A DNA stretch of 64,000 bases from Lama glama. Lineage: Eukaryota. Positions 12,340 through 23,917 of this stretch are shown here, piece by piece (within the stretch, counting starts at the first letter, position 1; each line of letters opens with the position of its first letter). The notes beneath the pieces are model-generated. The model worked only from the letters and a program-made list of their open reading frames with translations, ran no database searches and was not told the origin of the DNA. The position numbers and the translations under genes are program-made. The stretch covers positions 51,400,001 to 51,464,000 of the forward strand of contig CM052816.1 in the NCBI GenBank assembly GCA_028534125.1. The letters run 5' to 3'.

Positions 12340-14040
12340 CCCCATTTTCCACATACCTATTAGAAAATGATTGCTAATATTTTGGAATATACTCTTCCAG
12401 GTTGTTTTATTTATATTTTTGATGCAATGCCAACATTTATTATTACTTCATAGAAACATGTTTACCCTGTTCATGGTCTTTTGAAACTTGCTTTTTTCAC
12501 TTAACGCATTTGAACGTTTCTTCATGTCAACACACACTTCGTTCTTTTTTAGAGCTGCATAGCACAGAGGTTTCTTGTTATCCAACTATTCATTATCATT
12601 ATCTGAATCCCTGAAGTTGCTAAGTTGTGTGGGGAAGCAGAAATTGGTCATAACAGGAAAATATCCACTAATGAACTGGCCACTTACTAAATTAGTCCCC
12701 CACTCAAATAGCCATCCCAATTTAATACCAGCATTTATCCCCACTCAGCCAGTCAATTTTGCTGATTGTAGATGTTATAAACATCCAACAATACAATGTA
12801 AATAAAATGCATTTCAGTTGCCATGTAAAATTGCTAATCTTGCAAAAGATGCAGGATTTTACAAAGACATTGAAAGTGATTCTGGAGAACTGTTCCATAA
12901 CCAAATGAGTACCCGGCAGTGTTGGACCAGTTAACAATTAAAGATGAGAAAAACAACAAAGATTATAAGAGGATAAGTTCTTCAAAAGGAAAATTATTTG
13001 AATATCAGAGGATTAAGAGAGGCTCTCAGGAAAGTTGACGAAGCCCTCACATCTTTTTTCCAAATGACCTTTGTACAATTCTGCTATAAAAGTCAGTGTG
13101 AAGTGAAGGGTGTCAAAATTTGCTATCAAGTAATTTTGTTAGAAAAATTATCCCCCTCACCAAATCAACACTTGATTCATCCTTTGTTTATTCTAAAAAT
13201 TAGAGCATTGTTGCAATTAGAGTTGGTATATGTATATCTTCAAACAAATCCTACTTAAAGACATGATAATCTTTAATTTTTTCAAAACAAAGTCTCAATC
13301 AAACCATTTTTTTCATTCTTTATTTTACAATGCTAGACCCTATTTATTACTTTTGCAGCTTTCAACAGTCATATTATGGCAAACAGAAGCAACAGATGCT
13401 GAAAATAAGGCTCCTAATAGACTAATCAGATTCTCTAGTTCTCTCTCTATGAGGCATTTAGAAGCAGGACTGGCCACTTTGCAAGAAGTAAAGCCCCAGG
13501 GTGGTTGGATAATTCGGGGGGGGGGGTGGAATAGGCCTTAAGAAAGGAAACAGGCAGTGGACTTCCTCTGGCACTAATCCGGCCCATCGATGTTTAAACC
13601 TAATGTAATTTGAAAAAAATAAAAAAGATGTAACTTTATTTGTATCCAAGCTGGTAAAGCAAGTTATACCAGTTAAATGTGGGTATATTGAGATTTATTT
13701 TTAGCAGCTACCTACTGACTGATATTTGGGTTGTTTCCAATTTTTTGCTACTACAAGCCATGTGGCGATGAATAACAGTGTACAAATATATCTTGGTGTG
13801 CTCGGATAAGTGTCTCTGTAAAAAAAAAAAAAAAAGTCCTAGAAGTGAAATCTCTGAAGTTGGAAAAAGGTATATTAAAAATGTTAATAGCCATTAGCAG
13901 ATCGTCCTACCATTTAATGCCATCTACAGCATTTGAGAATGCCTGTGTCTCCACACCCTTCACAATGAGACTACTATCACTTTTTGCCAAACTAATTGCA
14001 AAAACATGCTATGTACTTTGTTGTTTTCATTTTCAGTAAT
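12340..14040 (-). mobile_element. Old L1 (L1ME-like) fragment, interrupted at ~12620-13715
   Basis: L1M-type text on both sides of the interruption (ttgcttttttcacttaac...; gatatttgggttgtttccaattttttgctactac...cctagaagtgaaat). Confidence 0.6.
12655..13300 (+). mobile_element. TcMar-Tigger DNA transposon fragment (transposase C-terminus, decayed)
   Basis: Decayed peptides KIANLAKDAGFYKDIESDSGELF (from 12827), NIRGLREALRKVDEALTSFF (ORF 12998) and KSTLDSSF (13162-13185) resemble Tigger transposase C-termini ending in KQ(T/S)TLDxF. Confidence 0.6.
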
Positions 14041-14529
14041 ATAAATTCTTGATCTGCAAGATAAACTTTGCTTACTGCCTGCTTAGAATCTTTAGAAAGA
14101 TCCTCATTATAGATTCTGGAAAATCTGCATGATAGATGCCGGGGGAAGACCATCTCACCCCTGTAATGGGCAGGAGCTAAAAAAAATGAGCTCAGCATGC
14201 ATTTATCTGTTAAAAACATCCCTCTTTGAAACTTGTAATCGTTGTTCACACGAGCTAAAGTGTTTGTAGTCAGTAGTAGAAGATGAAGCTAACTGTTTCT
14301 GCAAATTTCTGATTTCGAGACTGTGATTTCCTTTACAGATTTTAAAGCAGGTGAACAGGTAAGGTCAGTAGATCCTGAAACTAGATGCCTGATGTCATCC
14401 AAGCCCATACTCTCCATTAGGATTCTGGTCACAGAAAATGACAGCATTCTAACTGAAAACTTCTTACATATATGGAGGACCTAAAAAAGAAACAAAAAAA
14501 AATCTGCTAAAGTATGCTTTGCTTATCAA

Positions 14530-15460
14530 ATGGTAGATTAAGATATGTGCATTGCATTGTGTGCAAATTTTATGTAAAAAAGAAACCATTAATTCCTCAA
14601 AATAATTAAACATAGAATTACCATATGATCCAGCAATTCCAGTTCTGGGAATATACCTAAAAGAAGTGAAAGCAGGGACTTAAACAGATGTCTGTACACT
14701 CATGTTCACAGCAGCATTATTCATAATAGGTAAAAGGTGGAAGCAACCAAGTGTCCGTTGATGGATGAATGGCTAAACAAAACGTGCTATGTACATACAA
14801 CAGAATATAATTCAGCCAGAAGAAGGAAGGAAATTCTGACACAAGCTACGTGTGGATGAACATTGGAGACATTATGGTAAGTGAATAAGCCAGTCACAAA
14901 AGGGCAAATATTATGTGATTCCACTTATATGGGCACCTTTAGTAGTCAAAGTCATAGAGACAGAAAGTAGAATGTGATTGCCAGGGGCTAGGGTAGGGGA
15001 GAGTGGTGATGTAGTGTCTAATGAGTGTAGTGTTTCAATTGGGGAAAATGAAAAGTTCTGGAGATGGATGGTAGTGATGATTGCATGACGGTGTGAACAT
15101 ACTTAATGTCACTGAGCTGTATACTTACACATGCTTCAAATGGTAAATTTTATGTTATGGATATTTTTACCACACTAAAAAATATTTTTTAAACCTGTAA
15201 ACAAAATATTGAACTCTAATGATATGCATGCTGAAGTGTTTGGGCATGAAACGTACTGATGTTGGCAACTTATTTTGAAAGGTATCAAGAAATGAAGAGG
15301 AACGGGCAGACTGATAGAGGAATGAATGAATATGGGATAAAGTAAACATAGCAAATGTAAATGGTAGAATCTAGATGGTAAACAAATGGGTGTTCACTGT
15401 GCCATTCTCCAACTTTTCTGTATGTTTGAAAGGTTTCTTAATAAAATGTTGGGGGGAAAT
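14530..15460 (+). mobile_element. L1MB-like 3' end (~14590-15190) nested in an older L1ME-like 3' end
   Basis: aaacatagaattaccatatgatccagcaattcc ... gagacagaaagtagaat ... ggtaaattttatgttatg is L1MB-like. The flanks (aaattttatgtaaaaaagaaacc / gtaaacaaaatattgaactct...aataaaatgttgggg) are contiguous L1ME-type 3' UTR. Confidence 0.85.
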
Positions 15461-16145
15461 GATCTAGACTAAAAAAAGAACTAGCAACTGAAAGACCTCT
15501 TTTTTTACCACAAATTCATATTTTGCTTTTATTAATTATGGGGAATAATTTTGCCATGGAGAGATCTTCCAGCAGATTTAGGGAACCAGGACTAATTTTT
15601 TGTTTGTTTTTAATAACGGTCAGACAGAAGCATTTATTAAACAAGTGTTGGACAGGTACTGATTCACAAGTGACTCCATGATATTAAAAATGAACTCAGT
15701 ATCAGTAAAGTTGATAAGCATCTCTGTATACCAAGGGCAAGGGTCACCGTTCAGCTTTTTCTTCCACTTGTAGGATTTGAGCATGTGTAGAGGGAGAGAA
15801 TCCCAGCCTACTCAGTCAAATGGAAAAGATGACATAAATAGATTGGCTCTGATGACATGCAACTTTGGAGTGTTTGAGAGACTGAAAGTCCTCCTGATAA
15901 ATATTAGCTCATTGCAGAAGCATAGTAGATTATAAATAGCAGCTCTTCATCTCCTCATAGAAACATTTTAGAGAGTTCTACATTCCTTTTCTTCAGTTCA
16001 TTAAAAAGTAAACAGAGAGAGATGGCCTTCATTTCTGGGATCTCTACATTGCAAGCATGCTTAGGCAGTTTTTGTAATTATAGAAGCATGTGATCATCCT
16101 ATCCCAATAACATTCTTATGGCACCAAAGTAAACATCCAAAGTTT

Positions 16146-16450
16146 CAGAGATGCAAACTCGGTGCCTACAGGGGCAGGGAGGTAACCCCAGTGAGTAACG
16201 CAGACCAGTCCAAGTGGGAATTGTGACCTCCTGGAAAACCCTTATCCTGGCAGAAGGAGGAATCCACTGGCCAAAGATAGACAGATGTGTCAGTTTCTAA
16301 GAGCAGCCTGAAATTCATATTTTTATGTGAAATCTTCCCAGATTAAATGCAGGCAACAAATTCAAATGGTTTCAGCAACGTTGTGTGGGTCAAACAGTAC
16401 ACTTCTTTGACTGCTGGGATCTGTAGGTTGGCTCCCCATGTGTGACCTCT
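16146..16450 (-). mobile_element. hAT-Charlie MITE (MER102-like)
   Basis: cagagatgcaaactc...gcctacagggg start, atttttatgtgaaatct...ggcaacaaattcaaa interior, tgtgacctct end. Confidence 0.6.
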
Positions 16451-16829
16451 TACTGTATGTGTACAAGATGGGATAGTCCAATACTCTTTGGTGCTAAAGT
16501 CCAGGAGGATTCAGATCTAGTGTTGTTTCAACTCTTTGGAATTATATGCTCACCTCCACTCTCCCCAGTTTCTCCCTGGTAACTGTAGAATATGAGTTGT
16601 TCAGGTCTTTACCACTTTAAATGGAAAAGAAATATTTGACTACTATAAAGTTTGTAAAATTGATGCAGTACAAGTGTCTTGAAAATCTATATTGTGTCAT
16701 GAACCTTTTGTGTACCTGACCCAAAAGAGTGAATTGACAAAAATATATAATTCATGGAGTCATCAATTTATTTATATGTAATAATCCCCAAATGTATGCG
16801 TTTGGAACTAGAAACACATTTTTCCAGAG

Positions 16830-17045
16830 GATGATAGCTACCATTTAATGAATGCCGGCTGCATCTAGATCATTTACTGGCTGAGGACCCTTATATACTT
16901 AGTTTTTTAAATTTTCACATTATTCTCCCAACTTTGCAGATCAAGAAACAGGCCCAGAACAGTTGCATGACTTGCCAAGTTGGTCAGTGTCAGAGCCAGA
17001 AATCAAGCACACGTGAGCAGCAGTTTCCAAGGCCTGCTATTAATT
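16830..17045 (-). mobile_element. MIR SINE
   Basis: tttgcagatcaagaaacaggcccaga...tgacttgccaag (reverse MIR core). Confidence 0.7.
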
Positions 17046-17199
17046 CTCCATCACCACAGCGCCTACAATTCGGTGTTCTACCTGGGGCTAACGCAGTCAG
17101 GACAGGCTGCGAAGTACTATCGTATCCACAGTGTACTTGTAGAACTATGCTCCTAATACTCTACTTCCAACAGAATCCATCCTCAGGTATGATTATGCT

Positions 17200-17480
17200 T
17201 TTTTTTTTAAACTTCCCAAACTTTTATATAAGAAAAATGTATTTAATTACCTAGGTGATGCATAGATACATTCTTGGTTTGAAATACCCAAACAACACAG
17301 TAGCCTACGGAGCAGAAGGGAAAATTCCCCTTGGCTTCCACCTCCAACCCTGACCCCACTCCCTCTCCTACGGCTGGCTATAACACTATTAACAGTTTGG
17401 CTTGTTTCTTCCAGACTTTTCCTATGCATTTACATGCATATATGTACATATATAAATATGCATGGAGTTATGTTTCTATG
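17200..17480 (-). mobile_element. L1ME-like 3' UTR fragment
   Basis: taacactattaacagtttggcttgtttcttccagacttttcctatgcat is typical of old L1ME 3' UTR. Confidence 0.55.
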
Positions 17481-17602
17481 GTAAATACATTCAGAATTCC
17501 ACCTTGGGATGTCAGAACAGTTTTCTATCCCAGCCCTGGCAGCTTCACCAGCTCCATGGCAAGGTTCAGAGGGCCTGGGGTGTGGTGGGGAGGAAGATGC
17601 CC

Positions 17603-18160
17603 ATATTAGTTATCTATTGCTACATAACAAACCACCCCACAATTTATCAAACAATGAACGTTTATTATCTTACACAGATCAGGAATCTGGGAACAGGTCA
17701 GCAGCATGGCTCCAGTTGAGGGTCTGTCATGAGGTGGCATTCAGGATGTCAACTGGGGCTGCAGTCATTTTAAGGATTCACTAGGGTTGGGAGAGTCATT
17801 CCCGATTTGGCTCACTCAATGGTTATTTGCTGGAAGGCCTCAGTTTTTTGTTGGCTTTTGGCAGGAATCCAGTTTGTTGCGATGAGTTCCTCTCCATAGG
17901 GCTGTTTAAGTATTCTTAGGGCACAGGAGCTAGTTATACCCAGAGTGAGCAATCTAAAATTTATGAGGAAGGACAAGGAGAAAGTTGCAATGTCTTTTAT
18001 GACCTGGTCTTAGAAGCCACAGACCATCACTTCCACCAAATTCCATTCATTAGAAGCGAGTCACTATGTCTGTCCAGCCCACACTCAAGGGAAAGGAGAC
18101 TAGGCTCCACCTTTTGAAGAAAGGAGTGTCAACGAATTTGTGACATGCTTTAAAACCACT
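17603..18160 (-). mobile_element. MaLR solo LTR (MLT1F/G/H-like)
   Basis: Starts tattagttatctattgctacataacaaaccacc and ends ggagtgtcaacgaatttgtgacatgctttaaaaccac, the reverse of MLT1 termini. Confidence 0.8.
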
Positions 18161-18291
18161 TCAAGAGCCATTTTGTGTGGGAAGGGAAAAGGAGCAAGGT
18201 AGAGTCTAAGATCAGGGCAGAATCATCTGAGTAACAGGAAGGAGGGGAGAGGTGTGGGGATAATGAGGTAACAGGATAGTGAATGGTAGAA

Positions 18292-18462
18292 TAGCGTTGC
18301 TGGCAATCCTGGCTGCACATTAGAATCACCGGGGGAAATTGAAAAAGTACTTCTGCCCCGGGTCCCCATACAGATCAATTAAATCAGTATTTCTGGGATG
18401 GAGGCCCAGGTAGCAATATTGTTTAACAGCTCTCCAAGTGCAGCGTGCGTTGTGAACCATGT
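18292..18462. mobile_element. MER5-like hAT MITE
   Basis: ctggctgcacattagaatcaccggggga...aattaaatcagtatttctgggatggaggcccagg. Confidence 0.75.
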
Positions 18463-18703
18463 AAGAGCAGAGGTGCTGTAGGCCAGCTGAGTCTAGGCCC
18501 AAGTCCAAACTATGCCAGTTAAGTAGCTGTGTGATCTTAGGCATGTTAATTGGCTTTTCTGGGCCTCATCTGTAAAATGGGAGTATTAATAATACTTCTT
18601 CATGGGGTTGTTGTAAGGATCACCTGGGTTAATAACCCATGTAAATTGCTCTGAGCAGTTCTCTACATAGTAAGTGCTGGGTAGATGTTACTGTTGTGAT
18701 TAT
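18463..18703 (+). mobile_element. MIR SINE, near full length
   Basis: agctgtgtgatcttaggcatgtt...ctcatctgtaaaatgggag...ggttgttgtaaggat...catagtaagtgct. Confidence 0.85.
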
Positions 18704-20292
18704 TGGCAACATTCGCTGGATTTTTCCTCCCTCCTGCTTCCCTCCAAGTGCCTAAGCCCGGAAGGAGTATGGCTTCCTGTGCCCCACCCTCCTCCTTTCC
18801 CTTGAGAAGAAATGACACATACTCTTCCGCCTCCCACTGGGTCTCTGCAAGCCCTTCTAGCCTTCAGGTAGGTTCCAGGCAAACTGGGAGGCTGAGGTGT
18901 TGCTACTGAAATGGTGCACATAGCTGCAGAAGGACCTCCTGCCTCTTGGGAGATGGGAGAAGATAGTAGTCCTCTGGGGTAGGAGAGGAAGGGAAATTCC
19001 TCTCTGCCGCACAGGGAATTGAAAGACAACCTATTTTATGTCACAGGAGCCTGCACACATGCCTTGTAATTCTTTCAAGCAGCCTTTCCTGATCTCCATG
19101 TCTCTGAACTCCCACAATACCAACATGGTCCCTAAATTACCTGCTGCCAGTTATATTGATTTACTGTCTGTGTTTTCTTTCCTTCACACAGTAAGTTCTT
19201 TTAGAGGCCAGAACCATGTCTTCTGTGAGAAGTATCAGTCAGTGGAGGGAAGGGAAGATGAGAAAGGAAAGGGGGATGTCTTGTTTGGATTATAAATACC
19301 TCTTAAGGCTTTAGAAACGTATGTGTGTGGAGTTGGAATGAGCTCTGTTCCTTTAACTCACTCTCCTCCCCCACTCCCCAAACACTACTGTATCCCTGGG
19401 ACTACCATTTTCATGGAAAAGCAGCATGAGTGTTCCTTCTCCTGCTTTTACAACAAAGTTAAATAAATTTGCACGAATACAGATTATAGGGTTTTCCAGG
19501 TGATACTGATGAGGCAGTTACAGAAATAAGCTAATGGATTAGTCCCTGTGAAGAAATGTTCCCCACACCTAAAATCACTATTCTGTAGGAAAGAAGATTT
19601 AATTTTTTTCAAGCCTGCTGAGATAGGTGGAGGAAGGAACGAAGAATAAAGAATAAGACAATTAAACTATACAACTAAACAATAAACAAACTATAGGTTT
19701 GTTGAAGAAATCCCTACGCAAATTTTCTCCCTGTTCTCCAAAATTAAAATAATCATAATTTGAATACACTACATCTTCGTTCCCTGCTTTTTAAAAAGTC
19801 TCCATATTCTGCAAGTTTATAATTTGGATCCTAAAAGTTCAAGATCTTTTTAATAAAATATATTAAGCAAAAACAGAGTTAAAGCCCCTTCTGTTATATT
19901 AAGTGCGCTTTTAGAGTAAATGTGGATGACAAAAGAGAACATGGCATAAACAGTTAAAACTATGACAGTGAAGGGCCTAATTTCAATAGCACTTATACAC
20001 AGTTGTATAATATAGAAATGAGCATTGCGGCCAAAAATTCTGAGTAAGTGAGACCTGATCTCAGGAATACCAGTGGTATAAAAATGTGCTATCTTGCTAG
20101 CGAGTATCTAGATGCTAGAAAGAGGTCTCTCTACATTCTGGTTTCTTCTAGCTGAGTTCATTCATTTCTGCCAATGCAGGGAATCCTGGATTTTAAGCCT
20201 TATGAGCTAGAAATAAAATTAGCCCTAAACCTAAAAATTATTCTAGAGAAATATGGCCTGGACGGTTGAGGTTGCAGTAACTTTTTACTTAC

Positions 20293-20475
20293 ATAAATAG
20301 CTGATTTTATTGGTCTGGTTAAATGATTCCCATGTGTCCTTCTGAAACTTTCTGCATTCATTCTTTATTGACTGCCATCTCAGCTGTTTGAGAAGAAAAA
20401 GTGATGTACTCAAGGCTTCTTCATCAATGAGCTCAGCCAGTAAGCCAGTAGAAGTTTCAGTAGGCACCACTGACC
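20293..20475 (-). other. Candidate spliced exon (183 nt, phase 1-1, one open frame)
   Basis: Minus strand gttctctccgttttcAG|GGTCAG ... TTTAT|GTAAGT. A second acceptor (tttttactgcAG) lies 31 nt further upstream. Repeat-free context. Confidence 0.5.
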
Positions 20476-21859
20476 CTGAAAACGGAGAGAACATGGCACA
20501 GAGACACTGCAGTAAAAATTAAAGAGACGAAAATAAACTCAGTGAGCCTGCCTGGTCGCTAAACACTGAATACATTTAAGTGCTATTTTGACAAGAGAGC
20601 ATGGCGGCTTTTTAAGAATTCCATTTTTAAAACTCTAGTACGATTTTGTTCTTCTAACAGCATCATCCTGTGTCTGTGTTTGTTCCCAGTGAGGTCATGA
20701 TTAAGTGAATTGAATTATTGTTCTCTTCAAATGACCTGTGCATTCAACAACGTGTGCCGAGCTCCAGCAAGAAATGTTTTATGTATTATTGGGAGATGGC
20801 CATCTGTGGCACAAACCGGGCCTCCCAACATGCAGAAATGTTGGGAGATAGTTTATGTTCGGTTTTATCTATGATCAGAATTCCATTTATAAGCTTTTTT
20901 CATCCACTTGTCAACACTGTTCACTATAGCAACACTGAAAATGGCCAGAAATGAACAGATTTATCAGAGCAATGTGAGGTCAGACTGTATGTTTCAATTA
21001 CTGCATATTGGATTTTTATCATACATTAAAAATTTTGTTCATAAAAATAGGAACAATGTAGTAATAAAAATGGAAGTAGTTTTCTTTGATCAACTTCCAG
21101 TTATTATGAGTTACAAAGTGAACAAGCTAGATTGCATGATTTTTATTAGATAATATGTCTCACATTATACATGTATATTTTAAACATAACATTGGTTGCC
21201 CATGCCAAGAAACATGGATTAATTTTTTCAAATCTGAAGAATACTGCTCTTCCCTTTCCTGCATATATAATGGAACAGCATGGCAATGTGTAAAGTTAAA
21301 TTTTAAAATTGTAGATTATATTTAAACTACACCCTCCCAACCTTTTCATATCTTTTTTCAAGTAAACTGTTGGTTTGTCAGACCACATGAGTGATTTTAC
21401 ATAAGGGAAATATACCCAGATATCCTGTATTACAGATATCGTTTTAGGTATCTTTTCTGGCTATTTTTTGGTAGTTGTTGTTGTGGTACTGACACCTCAG
21501 TGAACAATGGACATCTCTTATAATGAAGTATAAAATCTTAAGAGTGAAAGAGGACTTTGACAAGTGATTTTCTTCCCTTCCTCTTTCCTTCCTTCCCTTC
21601 CTCCCTACTTGCTTGCTTCCTTCCTCTCTTTCTTTATTTTTAAATAAAGACCTTCTAAATAGTATAGTGTTCACTTTGTATATACAGCTGTACAATTAAA
21701 ATATATTCTGATTTTAATTTCATTCGTAAGTGGGGAGTGTTTGTTAGAGAAATGACTAGTATCAGCAAACAGGTAAAGAGAGAAGCTTTGTTCACCGATG
21801 TATCCCCAGAGTCATATTACACTCACTCACCTTCAGAGTATCATAATGGAAATGAGGAT

Positions 21860-22045
21860 AATGATGATGATGATGATAGAGCAATGAACACTTGGTGCCC
21901 GGAGCGAGGCTAAGTGTTTCACGGGCATAGTCTAATTTGCTCTTCGCAACAACCCTGTGAAAGCAGATAATGACATCTTTAGTTGAGGAAACTGAGGCTT
22001 CAGAAGCTAAGAAACTTGCCCGAGGTCACTTACTAGGACTTAGGT
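21860..22045 (-). mobile_element. MIR SINE
   Basis: caacaaccctgtga...tgaggaaactgaggctt...aacttgcccgaggtcac. Confidence 0.8.
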
Positions 22046-22899
22046 CTGTGCGAGCTCTCAGAGTATGACCTCTCTTTGGGGAGATGGTGGAAAGCGTAGA
22101 TGATGTGGGACTATCCCCAGGTGCCACCAGTCAGTAGTGGAATCAAGCCAGGCAGAGGCCAGTGGCTTTGCTGGGGCTGTGAGAGGCCTCAAACTTCTGA
22201 TCTGGAAACACTCACCCTGGGCTCACTGCTTTTTCTAGGACCTAAAGGCCTTGGCTCTAGGCCAGATCACTTCAAGTCCTCGCTCTATATCATCTCCACA
22301 TCCACCCCTCTGGTGTACTTTCAGTTGTCTAGTGCAAATGTTTTTATTTAATATCTGCTTGATATTTCACACTATGACTCTTCATTCTTGGTGTTCTGGA
22401 ACACATATCTCCTACAATGGGCACGGTGGAGTGTCTCCTTCACCCTAAATCCCCCAGACTTTGTTATTGTTCAGAGGAAACCCTGATGGGACCAGAGATG
22501 GTGCCTCATCCAAAGATGGTGCCTCACCCACAAGTGGCCAGGAACAGAGGGCTCTGCACAATAGGAACAGCAGTGTCATTAGCTGACCTCCTGGGATTTG
22601 GGCTGACAGCTGGGAGAGTGTTGACCAGACAGGAGGAAATGGAATGGAACAGACACTCTGAAAAGCAGGAGAGGGACACCTAGAGAGGAGCTGGCCCTGA
22701 CCTGTCTCCTGTTTTTGGTGGCTTTCCACTTTGTCTCCATATATGTGTCCTTATACTTTTTTCTTGGGGAGACCTGTGTGAGGCTCTGTTTTTTGCAGCT
22801 ACAGGAGCCAGGCAGCTCCTGTGAGCATCCACCACCAGCACCCTCCACAGACTTCTTTTTTCCACCTCTGTCCTTGATGGTTTGATTACAAGAGGGATA

Positions 22900-23420
22900 C
22901 TAGTCAAGAGTCTTTCCTTTGCAAGTGACAGAAACCCAACTAAAATTACTTTAAGAAAAATAAACAAACAAAACAAACAGGGATGGTTGGAGAAATGGAA
23001 GATACAGATAGAGAACACAGAATTGAAGAAATTGTTGCAGAACCCAAGTAGCTCTGAGCCCTCAGTGACGAGGGGCAGAGACCTGTTGCTGCAACGGTTC
23101 TTCTGCTCCTTCTTTTTGGCTTTTGGCTTTTTTCATTCTCTTGCTTCTTTCTATTTGGTGGAGGATATGACTGATAGCTGCTCTGAGACACATTCTTATA
23201 GCTGTGTGACCGGAAATGAATGAGAACTTTACCCACCAGTCAATGTATAAATTTTCCAAGGAAGAACTCTGGCTTTGGTCATGTTCCAAAGGAGTATTTG
23301 CCAAGGGAAGGTCACACATCCACTGTGGTCCAGGAGCACAATGCTCTGATTCAGAGCCCACCAGAATTACGTGGGTGGAGACGGGGAAGAGCAGTTCCCC
23401 AAGGGAGCAGGAACAAGCTG
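22900..23420 (-). mobile_element. Old MaLR LTR (MLT1K/L-like), degraded
   Basis: ttgcaagtgacagaaacccaactaaaattactttaag is the reverse 3' end of old MLT1 LTRs; the far boundary is uncertain. Confidence 0.5.
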
Positions 23421-23681
23421 CATCTGGGACAACTTTACAGCATTATCTACAAAGAAGCAGAAGAGCCAATGGGCTCTTTGTCTCATTTCCCAAGGTCTTC
23501 GTACAGACCTATTCCACATTCCCTGCTCCCACCTCAGATCTTTGGCTCATCTTGGGGATTAGAATCATTATATGAAGATATGCACTCACCTCCACTAGGT
23601 GGTCATCCTCACCACTAGACCCAGCAACTTAAGTGAATTTGAGGCCCTCAGAAGAGGACGGTGGGGACTCTCTTCTTTACA

Positions 23682-23795
23682 CTCTGGGGTCTCAACATGG
23701 GATTCCCTGGACCAGCAGCATCAGCATTACCTGGGAATCTGTTAGAAATGCACATTTTCAGGCTTTACCTCAGATATGCTGCATCAGAGTCTCTG
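23682..23795. mobile_element. MER5A-like MITE, truncated by a SINE
   Basis: ccctggaccagcagcatcagcattacctgggaatctgttagaaatgcacatt. Confidence 0.75.
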
Positions 23796-23917
23796 TTTTT
23801 GGGGGGGGGTGGATTAGGTTTCTTTATTTATTTATTTTAATGGAGGTATTGGGGATTGAACTCAGTACCTCGTGCATGCTAAGCACACACTCTACCACTG
23901 AGCTATACTCTCCCCCC
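23796..23917 (-). mobile_element. tRNA-derived SINE (camelid Vic-1-like)
   Basis: Minus strand GGGGGAGAGTATAGCTCAGTGGTAGAG (A box)...GAGTTCAATCCCC (B box)...TAAAATAAATAAATAAAGAAACCTAAT; matches two other copies in the window. Confidence 0.85.

Noticed and set aside
23592..23605. CTCF-like motif CCACTAGGTGGTCA
   Set aside because: Mismatch at a key position; a single motif cannot be called without ChIP or conservation data.
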